A stretch of 64,000 bases of DNA from Candidatus Dormibacteria bacterium (lineage in GTDB: Bacteria; Chloroflexota; Dormibacteria; DASZGP01), in the NCBI GenBank assembly GCA_050998755.1, contig JBPCPW010000013.1:5668-69667 (forward strand), in the 5' to 3' direction. Below, one piece after another: positions 45,366 through 54,057 of this stretch. A program made the position numbers and the translations under genes. Within the stretch, counting starts at the first letter, position 1. Every line of letters begins with the position of its first letter. The notes under the pieces are model-generated. The model was not told where the DNA came from. It worked only from the letters and a program-made list of their open reading frames with translations, and did no database searches.

Positions 45366-45671
45366 ATGTGCTACATGGCGTCGGGGCGAGCGCGGGTGGG
45401 GGTTCGGGAGATCCGGCAGAACCTCAGCATCTATCTCGTGCGTGTGCGCGCAGGCGAATCCCTGGAGATCACCGAGCACGGGCGGCCGGTCGCTATTCTG
45501 ACCCCCACCGCGGAGCGATCGTCCGCACTCCAGCGGCTGATCTCCGACGGTCGGGTGCGGCCGCCAAGACACCGGTGGCGCAGCATCCCGCCACCGCTTA
45601 AGCTGACGTGGCCTAAGGGCGCGCCGTCGATGTCGGCGATCCTCGACGAGCAACGTAAGGACCTCATCTGA
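45366..45671 (+). CDS. Phd/YefM-family antitoxin.
   Basis: VGVREIRQNLSIYLVRVRAGESLEITEHGRPVAILTP. Confidence 0.7.
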   Translation: MCYMASGRARVGVREIRQNLSIYLVRVRAGESLEITEHGRPVAILTPTAERSSALQRLISDGRVRPPRHRWRSIPPPLKLTWPKGAPSMSAILDEQRKDLI

Positions 45672-46087
45672 CAGAGAGCGTCGCATACCTCGATGCCTCG
45701 GCGCTGGTGAAGCTTGTTGTCGCGGAGCCGGAGTCAGGCGCGCTGAGCCATCACCTGGGCGAGTACCGCGAGCTGTTCAGCGCGGCGCTGGTCGTCACGG
45801 AATTGGGTCGCGCTGTGCGCCGAGCCACGGACGGGATGGCGCGCGATGCGCCCACGGTGCTCAACCGGCTGGCGGAGGTCGTGGACGCGCTCGCGCTCCT
45901 CGACGTGGATCGGCGCCTGCTCGATGATGCAGCTATGGTGGAGCCGGCCATGCTCCGCACCTTAGACGCCATCCATATCGCCGCGGCACGGGCGCTGGGC
46001 GAAGATCTCACTGCATTCATCACCTACGACACCCGCCTCGGCGCCGCTGCGGCCGAACTGGGAATGACTGTGATCTCCCCCAGCTGA
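45668..46087 (+). CDS. PIN-domain (VapC-like) toxin with an ambiguous start.
   Basis: The conserved N-terminal VAYLDASALVKLVV (with the first catalytic Asp) lies upstream of the only canonical start (GTG 45707). The only in-frame start-like codon covering it is CTG at 45668. Confidence 0.55.
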   Translation: MTESVAYLDASALVKLVVAEPESGALSHHLGEYRELFSAALVVTELGRAVRRATDGMARDAPTVLNRLAEVVDALALLDVDRRLLDDAAMVEPAMLRTLDAIHIAAARALGEDLTAFITYDTRLGAAAAELGMTVISPS

Positions 46088-46100
46088 CGCGACCTCGGGG

Positions 46101-48521
46101 TCAAGTGCGGCTGTCGCACCTCGTTGCATTGCGGCGGCGGCGACCCCACGTCACCAACCCCGTGGCGACCGCGATCACCGGGGCCATCGGTAGCCAGCCC
46201 AGCGGGCGGCCCATGGAAGTGCGGGGCAGTCCGGGAGTGCCCGCCGCCAACCCCACTGCGGTCGAGGTCGTGATCCCGGTGCCCACGCTCACCCTGCGCG
46301 AGCAACCCACCAGCGTGACGGCGAGGGGAACGCTTGTCGTGATCTTCAGCTCCACGTTGCAGTCGACCCGTGCCCGCGAGACATCAATGGTGGCGGCTGA
46401 CACGTTGGTGGAATTGATCACCAGCCGATCCGCCACCGGCGCCACCGGGGCCGGGCCCCAGGCGAGGTCGCGCTCCTGGTAAACCAGCGGCAGGGGGTGG
46501 GAGCCGCCCGACAGCAGCCCCGCCGAGAGGGCGGGCAGGAGCACCGGCGGGTCGCCCACTCCGAAGCCCTGGGAGGCGGCGTCGAAGGTGCCCAACCCGG
46601 TCCCCGCGGTGCCCAGGCCTGACAACCAGTAGGCGTGGCTGGTGGTGGTCCCCACGGTCTTGAAGTCGAGGCTGGGGTCCACGGTGTAAGTGACGTGGGC
46701 CGGGTTGCGGTCCACGGTGTGGTTGCCCAGGAACGCGGCCGCCGGTCCGAATTCGTCGTTATTGCCCAGCGTGATGTGGCCCACAGTGGGGAACGGCGGG
46801 CTGGCATTGAAGACCCAGTGGTCCTGGCGGATGCCGGCGTTGAAGGCATTGAGGAATGACTGCTCACTGAGTTCCGGGCCCACCAGTTCGTCGGGCTCGG
46901 AGTACCAGGACATCACCGGCAGGTTGCGCAACGACTTGTATGACGCCGCCGAGGTGGGCGGGCCGACGATGGGGAAGGCGCGGGCGAAGAGATCGGGCCA
47001 GCGGGTGGAGAGCAGGTAGGTGCCCTCCCCGCCCATCGAGTAGCCGCTGACGTCGGTGAGGTCGGGGTTGAGCTTGTAGTTGCGAGCGACATCGGACCAC
47101 ATCTCGAACACATCCGCCTCGGCATAGCCGTGGTAGAAGCCGTCCGCGCCGCGCCCCTCAGGCGCCGCGATGATCGACCCCGTGCCCCGGTCGCCGAGCT
47201 GCGACGCATTCTTGCTGCCGAGAAACTCGTTGTGGTTGGCGGAGAGGCCATGCATCTCCAACACCAGCCCGAAGCCGGCCGCCGGGATTGGCTTGTTGGG
47301 CACGTACACGCCGTACGGTTGCAGCTGGTCGCGGAACCTACCGGGGCAGTCGACCGGGTTGGTCGGGAAGCACTTGACGCTGTAATCGACCGTCTTGCCG
47401 TAATGGAACTGGCTGGCGTAGATGCGGTCGAAGTGTCCGACGTGCGGCACCTTTGACTCGTCGTTGGTGCTCGCATTCAGCATGGCGAAGTCGACTGAGG
47501 CACTGAGGGCGCTGACATCCCCGGACTTCAGGGCCTCGGCCTGCTGCTTCTCACGCCACCAGGTGCCGTCGGCCTTCACCCCGGCTCCGCCCTCAACGAT
47601 GGTGTTGGCGACGCCCGGGCAGCAGATCATCGGTAGCGGCTCGTTGAGGCGGAAGGCCATGTTGAAAAACGCCGGGCATGCGGTCAGGCAGCCCCCGGGC
47701 TGGGTCGCGCTCGAGGTCGGACCGGGCAGCAGGTACTTGCCCCCGGCCGCGTCCCAGAGGCCGATCCCGGCGGCCATCCGGACTGTCGAGTTACCAGGGT
47801 TCCAGGCAGCGTGGGGGACCCGGACGTCGAACTGGCGGCGCCCCATGTCGACGGTCGCGGTGGGAGCCGGCGAGAGGGGCAGTCCGGTGGCCGCGTCGGT
47901 CACCACTGCTGTGGTGCCGTGCACCGTGAGGAAAGCCTGTGCCGGCGACGTGACCCCTGCGCTGAAGGGCCACGGCCTGGCGGCACTGGAACTGCCCAGC
48001 GCAACAGTGAACGCCACCTTACTGGCGTCGTTGAGGGAGTTGAGGGTGATGCGGAAGGCCGTCGCCGACGCCAGGGGCTTGACCCTGAACTCGACCAGGT
48101 CGGCCGCGTTGTAGCCGTACACCGGGTCGGTCGGGTAGGTGACCGTCCCGTGCGTCGGTGAGAAGAGGTTGGAGGCGGGGTCGAAGGGATCGTTGGGATC
48201 GATCGAGACGCCGGCGGGCAGAATGCCGGGGCTCAGCGCGCCCCGGTCGTCAAACAGGTAGTCCTGGTAGAGGAACTCGCCGCTGCGGTAGGCCTCGGCG
48301 CCCGAGACCAGGATCGGAGCCGCCGTCCACGGGGCGACGTTCTGCAGCTGCGGTGCGGTTGGGGCGGTGGCGTAGAGGAGGTCCGGTCCGGGGCGCGCGC
48401 CGGACGAAACCGCGGGGAGCGAGCCCGAGCCACCGGCGGCCGAGCCCGAGGTCACCGCGAACGAGCCAGAGGTCGCCAGCATCGCCAGCACCGCGGCCAC
48501 CACACCACCAAATCGCCTCAA
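46101..48521 (-). CDS. Secreted alpha/beta-hydrolase (esterase/lipase-like) with a C-terminal sorting-signal-like anchor (806 aa).
   Basis: Signal peptide. GYSMGG nucleophile elbow. C-terminal GLPRTSMGRPLGWLPMAPVIAVATGLVTWGRRRRN. Confidence 0.5.
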   Translation of the reverse strand: MRRFGGVVAAVLAMLATSGSFAVTSGSAAGGSGSLPAVSSGARPGPDLLYATAPTAPQLQNVAPWTAAPILVSGAEAYRSGEFLYQDYLFDDRGALSPGILPAGVSIDPNDPFDPASNLFSPTHGTVTYPTDPVYGYNAADLVEFRVKPLASATAFRITLNSLNDASKVAFTVALGSSSAARPWPFSAGVTSPAQAFLTVHGTTAVVTDAATGLPLSPAPTATVDMGRRQFDVRVPHAAWNPGNSTVRMAAGIGLWDAAGGKYLLPGPTSSATQPGGCLTACPAFFNMAFRLNEPLPMICCPGVANTIVEGGAGVKADGTWWREKQQAEALKSGDVSALSASVDFAMLNASTNDESKVPHVGHFDRIYASQFHYGKTVDYSVKCFPTNPVDCPGRFRDQLQPYGVYVPNKPIPAAGFGLVLEMHGLSANHNEFLGSKNASQLGDRGTGSIIAAPEGRGADGFYHGYAEADVFEMWSDVARNYKLNPDLTDVSGYSMGGEGTYLLSTRWPDLFARAFPIVGPPTSAASYKSLRNLPVMSWYSEPDELVGPELSEQSFLNAFNAGIRQDHWVFNASPPFPTVGHITLGNNDEFGPAAAFLGNHTVDRNPAHVTYTVDPSLDFKTVGTTTSHAYWLSGLGTAGTGLGTFDAASQGFGVGDPPVLLPALSAGLLSGGSHPLPLVYQERDLAWGPAPVAPVADRLVINSTNVSAATIDVSRARVDCNVELKITTSVPLAVTLVGCSRRVSVGTGITTSTAVGLAAGTPGLPRTSMGRPLGWLPMAPVIAVATGLVTWGRRRRNATRCDSRT

Positions 48522-48689
48522 AATCCGAGCCTCCCAGTTGTCCCCCCGGCCAACTGCTCACATTCACTTTAGCGGGCCCGTCCGGGCTGAGATCCACGGG
48601 GGGACGCCCACCTCCGCGCCTGCCACCCAAACCCCACAAGATTCCGGCGCCCATCTCGTTCAAACAGACATTGGGTTTGTGCGCCCCTC

Positions 48690-51392
48690 GTGGGTGCCAG
48701 GGATTGCAAGGGGTGTGTTTTGAAGTTGTTTCGCGCGCAGGTTCTGGCCGGGTTGGTCCTGGTGTTGTCGGTTGTGGGTGGCGCCGCCCTATTGGCCTCC
48801 CCCGTCTCCACCAGTAGAGCGACGGCCAGCAGTACGGCAACAAAGCTGGTCAACGACTCCAGTCCATCGCCCTCAGCGACCAGCGCGGCCGTCACAGCCG
48901 GCGCCTCCGACGGGTCGTCGCCTGACAGCCGGGAGCTCGGCGACGGGCGCCAGTTGCGCTGCGGCAAAGGCGGTGTCTTCTGCGCTGGTGCGGCCACCGG
49001 CGACATCACCCCACCGATCACCTCGCCACAGTGGGCATACACCGCGCGGAACTGCGCCGAGGCCAGCGCCGCCGACGCCGGCAGCCACCTCGCGCCGGAC
49101 GGCACCCCGGACCCCATGAACCACATGGAGGAGGGCCAGGCATGGCTGCTCAAGGGCGGTCCGACCTGCGTCTCGAACCGGGTCAATGGCAACGTCGACC
49201 TGTACTCCAAGGAATGGCCGTCGACCATTGGCACCTTCGGCCGCCTGCAGGCCAACACCTGGATCCTTGACGATGGCAAAGGCCAGAAGGTGGCCATCAT
49301 CCAGGCCGACCTCGGTGGCATCCCGGGTGAGCTGCACAGCTACGTGGCGAGCCAGGTCGCAGCGCTGGGCATCGACCGCGCCCACCTCCTGATTTCCGCC
49401 ACCCACGACCACGGCGCGGTAGGCGGAATGTGGCTGGGCCAGGGGTACGCGCTGCTGGGCGGCGACGAGTACGACCCGCGCGTTTTCACCGCGGTCGGCA
49501 CCGGCATGGTCAACGCGATCAAGGAGGCCAATCGCAAGCTGACCCCCGCCAGGATGGCCTACGGTTTTGGCAGCATCCCCAACGCCAACCACAACCGCGA
49601 CACCGGCTCGCAGAGCCTCGACCCCGAGTTCAAACTGAACCTCGGCGACCCCACCAGCGCGCCGCGTCTGATGGTGATGCGCATCGACACTGTTAAAGGA
49701 CTCCCACTCGGAGTGATCAGCAACTACGCCAACCACGGGGTCATAGTCGGCGCGCTCAACCTGTACTTCGCCGGGGACAACCAGGGATCCACAACGCGGA
49801 TGGTGGCGCGGGGGATCGAGGCTGACGCCCGCGCCCGCGGGGTCAAGTTCCCAGCCGGCTGGAAGGTGGTCGACTCTCTGATAAATGGCGCCGTGGGCGA
49901 CATCACCCCAATGGCCGACAGCGGCAACTGGCCCGACAGCACCTTCACAACCTACGGGGACAGCCACGAGTACGACGACCCGAGCTTCAAGGAGTTCGCG
50001 GCGATGGAGAATGCCGGCACCCGCCAGGCGCCGGAGGCGCTGCGAGTGTGGCGCACGCTGGGCAACAAGCTGAGCAGCGACGTGACCCTGGATGCCCGCC
50101 TGGACTTCGTCTGCATGTGCAGCCAGACCGTGCCGGACGACCCCTTCGATCCCTTCAGCCACGCGCCCTATGTGCCGGCGAACGACGACCCTGCCTACAA
50201 CAAGGTCTCCACCAACGGGGTGCTCGGCGGAGGCGGCATATCCGACCTCCCCGGCCAGGCCAATGACGCGGTCAAGAGCCTCCCGGGACCGCTGTCCAGC
50301 CTCCTGGGCGGGCCCTGCGACAGCCCCCTCAACTGCTTCAGCCGAACAGTGGTCCCCGCGCACCACCTGGAGCGGCCGACCCTCACTGCGACCGCCGGGG
50401 TGACGCCGTACAACGCCCGCGTGCAGGTGATCCGGATCAACGACCTCGCGCTGGCCGGGATGCCCGGCGAGCCGACCATTGAGATGGGCCGGCGGGTGGA
50501 GCGCTCGATCCTCAAAGCCGCCCCCAACCTGTTCCACAACGCGCTGACCATCGGCCTGGCCAACGACTACATCTCGTACTTCCCGACCATCCAGGAGTAC
50601 GAGTCGTACCACTACGAGAGCAGCTTCTCGCTGTTCGGCCAGCAGACGGGCAACGTCCTCAAGGCGCGCTTGGTCCACCTGGCGCAGCTGATGCAGGGGA
50701 ACCAGCCTGTCGAGCCCTGCACCACCGACACCACGCGGGCCTGTGTCCAGCCCCCCGACCAGCTTGTCCCCACGCTGCGCCCCGAGCCGCTGACGCCTGA
50801 TCTCAACGCCGGGACGATCGAGTCCCAGCCCACATCGATCTCACGTTTCGGCGCGACCAGCTTTGCCTGGATCGGTGGCGGGCCCGGTGCCGAGTGGAAC
50901 CAGGCGCAGCCGATGGTTCTACTCCAGGCAGGCGACGGCCATGGCGGCTGGCAGACGGTGTTCACGGACCTGGACACCGAGCTGCTGGTGCACTACGAAA
51001 AGATCCAGGGGCTCAACCACTGGAAGGCGATGTTCGACGTCACCAAGGACTTCGCGCCCGGTTCCTACCGCTTCCATGTGACGGGCAATTACGCCACGGG
51101 CCCCAGCGCCACGGCCCCGTACACCATCGACTCCGGCACCTTCCAGGTGGTGCCCTACAGCGGCCTGAAGGTGGTCAGGACCAGCCCCGGCAACTTCGAG
51201 GTTGAGTACCCGGCGCCGGTGGCCGGGGTGACCTACCGCTACCGCGACAAGCTGGCGTCGACGGCCACGGTCAACGGGCAGTACCCGGCGGTGTTCCACC
51301 TCAACCCGGGCCAATCCCTGGTGATTCCCGCAGGCGGCATCGTGGACTCGTGGGGGAACACCAACGCCGCCGCGGTCACGGTGACCGCCTAG
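48690..51392 (+). CDS. Secreted neutral/alkaline ceramidase-like hydrolase (900 aa).
   Basis: Signal peptide. VAIIQADLGGIPGELHSYVASQVAALGIDRAHLLISATHDHGAVGG fits the neutral ceramidase N-terminal active region. Confidence 0.55.
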   Translation: MGARDCKGCVLKLFRAQVLAGLVLVLSVVGGAALLASPVSTSRATASSTATKLVNDSSPSPSATSAAVTAGASDGSSPDSRELGDGRQLRCGKGGVFCAGAATGDITPPITSPQWAYTARNCAEASAADAGSHLAPDGTPDPMNHMEEGQAWLLKGGPTCVSNRVNGNVDLYSKEWPSTIGTFGRLQANTWILDDGKGQKVAIIQADLGGIPGELHSYVASQVAALGIDRAHLLISATHDHGAVGGMWLGQGYALLGGDEYDPRVFTAVGTGMVNAIKEANRKLTPARMAYGFGSIPNANHNRDTGSQSLDPEFKLNLGDPTSAPRLMVMRIDTVKGLPLGVISNYANHGVIVGALNLYFAGDNQGSTTRMVARGIEADARARGVKFPAGWKVVDSLINGAVGDITPMADSGNWPDSTFTTYGDSHEYDDPSFKEFAAMENAGTRQAPEALRVWRTLGNKLSSDVTLDARLDFVCMCSQTVPDDPFDPFSHAPYVPANDDPAYNKVSTNGVLGGGGISDLPGQANDAVKSLPGPLSSLLGGPCDSPLNCFSRTVVPAHHLERPTLTATAGVTPYNARVQVIRINDLALAGMPGEPTIEMGRRVERSILKAAPNLFHNALTIGLANDYISYFPTIQEYESYHYESSFSLFGQQTGNVLKARLVHLAQLMQGNQPVEPCTTDTTRACVQPPDQLVPTLRPEPLTPDLNAGTIESQPTSISRFGATSFAWIGGGPGAEWNQAQPMVLLQAGDGHGGWQTVFTDLDTELLVHYEKIQGLNHWKAMFDVTKDFAPGSYRFHVTGNYATGPSATAPYTIDSGTFQVVPYSGLKVVRTSPGNFEVEYPAPVAGVTYRYRDKLASTATVNGQYPAVFHLNPGQSLVIPAGGIVDSWGNTNAAAVTVTA

Positions 51393-51600
51393 CCGGCGCC
51401 CAACAGAGGGCCGTCGTATCCTGAGCCCATGAGCCCCAGCGAGACGGGCAAGCTGAAGCGACAGGGACTGCACCGCGACCCACACCGTGGCGCCGCAGAG
51501 GCTCCCGAAGGCCGCGGCAAGCATCCAGACGCGGAAGTCGCACACCACCGCCACCACGCCTCCGACCACGCTGATCTCCGGGTCGGGGCATCCTACGCCC

Positions 51601-52026
51601 CTAGACGATCACCTGAGTCGCGTCGGCCATCGCCGCCAGCTTGCCGTCAGCGCGTTTGATGGTCAGCTCGCAGTGGGCCAGGCGCTTGCCGCGATTGACG
51701 ATGGTGGCCTCAACCTCGACCGGCCCGGGGGTGACCGGACGGATGAACCGCAGGTCGAGATTGGAGGTGGTGAAGTTCTCATCGTCCAGCAGGACGGTGA
51801 ACATCAGCAGCGCCATCACATTGTCCGCGACCGCCGCCAGGTAGCCGCCGAACACCGCACCGCCGCCGGGAAGCAAAAAGGACTCATCCGGCGTCCAGCT
51901 CACCCACACCCGCCCCGGCTCCCACCCGTCGATCCCGGGGAGACGCATGATGGAAATGAAGCCGGGGGGGTTGGCCCGCGGGTCCCTGGCCACCACCCCG
52001 TCGAGGAAGTCGGCCCAAACGCTCAT
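51601..52026 (-). CDS. PaaI/hotdog-fold thioesterase.
   Basis: GGAVFGGYLAAVADNVMAL...CELTIKRADGKLAA. Confidence 0.72.
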   Translation of the reverse strand: MSVWADFLDGVVARDPRANPPGFISIMRLPGIDGWEPGRVWVSWTPDESFLLPGGGAVFGGYLAAVADNVMALLMFTVLLDDENFTTSNLDLRFIRPVTPGPVEVEATIVNRGKRLAHCELTIKRADGKLAAMADATQVIV

Positions 52027-52143
52027 GCCACGCCACCCATGTCGCCACCTACGCTACCCGCACCAGATCATGTCATCGGTTGATGTATCACAATTTCATG
52101 TCGTATACTCGGCCCAGGCCGCAACCTGCGGCGGGAGGAGCAC

Positions 52144-53994
52144 ATGGGTTTCCTGAATCCCCAGGCACTTGGTGGCAGCTTTGCCATCCAGACCGCGCGT
52201 CCACTTGAGTGGCTGTTCGTCCTTGGGGCGTTCATGCTCCTGGGTGGCGGCATCTTGTTCCTCCGCTCCCAGGGCAAGCCCGCACAGGGCCAAGGCTTCG
52301 TCGGCCTGGTCGAGCGGGTCGAATCCGGGGCCGAGCGCATCACCGAGGTGCCGCCCTGGGCTTCGGTTGCCAACCTGACCGGGACCTGGGCCCTGCTCGT
52401 CGCGTTCATTGGCTTCGTCTGGGACGTGGGCTGGCATGCCGATACGGGCCGCGATCGCGAGCTCTTCACGGTGCCCCACCTGCTCATCCTCATCGGGCTC
52501 GGCGGCATCGTCGCCGCGGCGCTGATCTCCATCTGGTTGGCGACACGCCACCGGGCGGACACCGGGTGGCGCGTGGGCCGCTGGCACGTTCCCTACTCCA
52601 GCGTCCCCCTGCTGGCAATTGGCATGGGAGCGCTGTTCGGCTTCCCACTCGATGACCTTTGGCACGCCGCATACGGCATCGACGTCACCATGTGGAGCCC
52701 CACCCACCTGCTGATGATCGGCGGCGCCTCGCTCTCGCCAATGGCCATGTGGCTGATGCTGTCGGAGGCCGGGGCCACCAGGACCGCTCGCGGACGACTG
52801 ATGTGGGCGGGCGTGGCGGGAACCGTGCTGGTCGGGCTCTCCACCTTCCAGCTGGAGTTCGACATGGGCATCCCGCAGTGGCAGGCGTTCTACCACCCGC
52901 TGATGGTGGCGGTCGCCGGGGCCATCGGGCTGGTGGCCGCGCGCGCCGCCCTGGGACGCTGGGGAGCGATCCGCGCCACAGTCTCGTTCCTCGTCCTGCG
53001 GATCTTCATGGCGGGCCTGGTCGGCGGCCTACTGGGGCGGTCGATCCCCCATTTCCCGCTCTATATAGGTAGTGCCCTGTGTGTCGAGGCGGCCTTCTAC
53101 GTCCTCCGCGACCGCCCGGTCGTGTGGCGCGCGGTGCTGTCCGGGCTGCTGATCTCCACCGTCGGGCTGCTGACCGAGGCCGCCTGGACGCGGGTCTTCT
53201 TCCAGTACCCCTGGCACCTCAGCCTGCTCCCCTTTGCCTGGATGTTCGTGGTCATCGCGGTCCTCGGCGCGGTGATCGGCGTGGGTATGGGCAGCGTCCT
53301 TTCCGGCCGGCCTTCGGCGGTCAAGGCACCGGTCGTCGCCCTCTGCCTACTGGGGGTCTTCGGCCTCATCGCCCTGAACCTTGGCAGCCGCCGAGCGGAC
53401 CCGGCAAAGGTGCTCCTCAATGCCACCACGGTTGGCACACCCTATGCGCTGGTCAACCGCGACGGGGTGCCCACCGTGTCCCGCGAGATCTCGCTCTCGG
53501 TGACCCTCGACCCCCCCGGCGCGGCCGCTGGGGCCGACTGGTTTGAGACCCTGGCTTGGCAGGGGGGGCCGCCGGTTCGCCACTTCCCGCTGGTGCAGTC
53601 GTCACCGGGTCACTACCAGGCCCAGGGTGTAATCCCCACGGGCGGCAACTGGAAGAGCCTGGTGGTACTGCATCGCGGCAACGTCGTCGAGGCCGTCCCG
53701 GTCGCGATGCCGGCCGACCCCGCCTACCATCTCAGCACCATCGAGCCGCCGGACGCGCGGACCATGTCCTTCTCGCCGTCGAGCAAGTACCTGATGCGTG
53801 AGTTCACGGGCACCGTCGTGTGGCCGGCGATCGTCATATCCGCACTGTTCGGCCTGACGGTCCTGGTGTGGGTCGTATCGACCGCGCTGGCCTACCGCGC
53901 GGTCGGCCGGAAGATCGGCCCCCCTCGCAGCGGCCGGCCGGCCCCGGAGAAGCGCGCGATAACCACGTCGCGGCGGGCGCCGGCGGGGACCTGA
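52144..53994 (+). CDS. Polytopic integral membrane protein of unknown function (616 aa, at least 12 TM helices).
   Basis: Continuous hydrophobic helices; no recognisable transporter signature. Confidence 0.45.
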   Translation: MGFLNPQALGGSFAIQTARPLEWLFVLGAFMLLGGGILFLRSQGKPAQGQGFVGLVERVESGAERITEVPPWASVANLTGTWALLVAFIGFVWDVGWHADTGRDRELFTVPHLLILIGLGGIVAAALISIWLATRHRADTGWRVGRWHVPYSSVPLLAIGMGALFGFPLDDLWHAAYGIDVTMWSPTHLLMIGGASLSPMAMWLMLSEAGATRTARGRLMWAGVAGTVLVGLSTFQLEFDMGIPQWQAFYHPLMVAVAGAIGLVAARAALGRWGAIRATVSFLVLRIFMAGLVGGLLGRSIPHFPLYIGSALCVEAAFYVLRDRPVVWRAVLSGLLISTVGLLTEAAWTRVFFQYPWHLSLLPFAWMFVVIAVLGAVIGVGMGSVLSGRPSAVKAPVVALCLLGVFGLIALNLGSRRADPAKVLLNATTVGTPYALVNRDGVPTVSREISLSVTLDPPGAAAGADWFETLAWQGGPPVRHFPLVQSSPGHYQAQGVIPTGGNWKSLVVLHRGNVVEAVPVAMPADPAYHLSTIEPPDARTMSFSPSSKYLMREFTGTVVWPAIVISALFGLTVLVWVVSTALAYRAVGRKIGPPRSGRPAPEKRAITTSRRAPAGT

Positions 53995-54057
53995 CCGCAA
54001 CCCCGCAAGGAAAGGCCCATCCGGGCGTCTCACTATTGGTGGGTACTCTTTTGACCA

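Noticed and set aside
44231-45686. Minus-strand ORFs of 323 and 479 aa overlapping the CaCA antiporter gene
   Set aside because: Their translations are low-complexity Arg/Ala/Pro-rich. The plus-strand gene has clear antiporter alpha-repeats.
46101-46140. Isolated TGTCGCAC half-site between the PIN gene and the esterase-like gene
   Set aside because: Only one arm is present, with no GCGACA partner at a 6-7-nt spacing. It was not counted as a member of the palindrome family.
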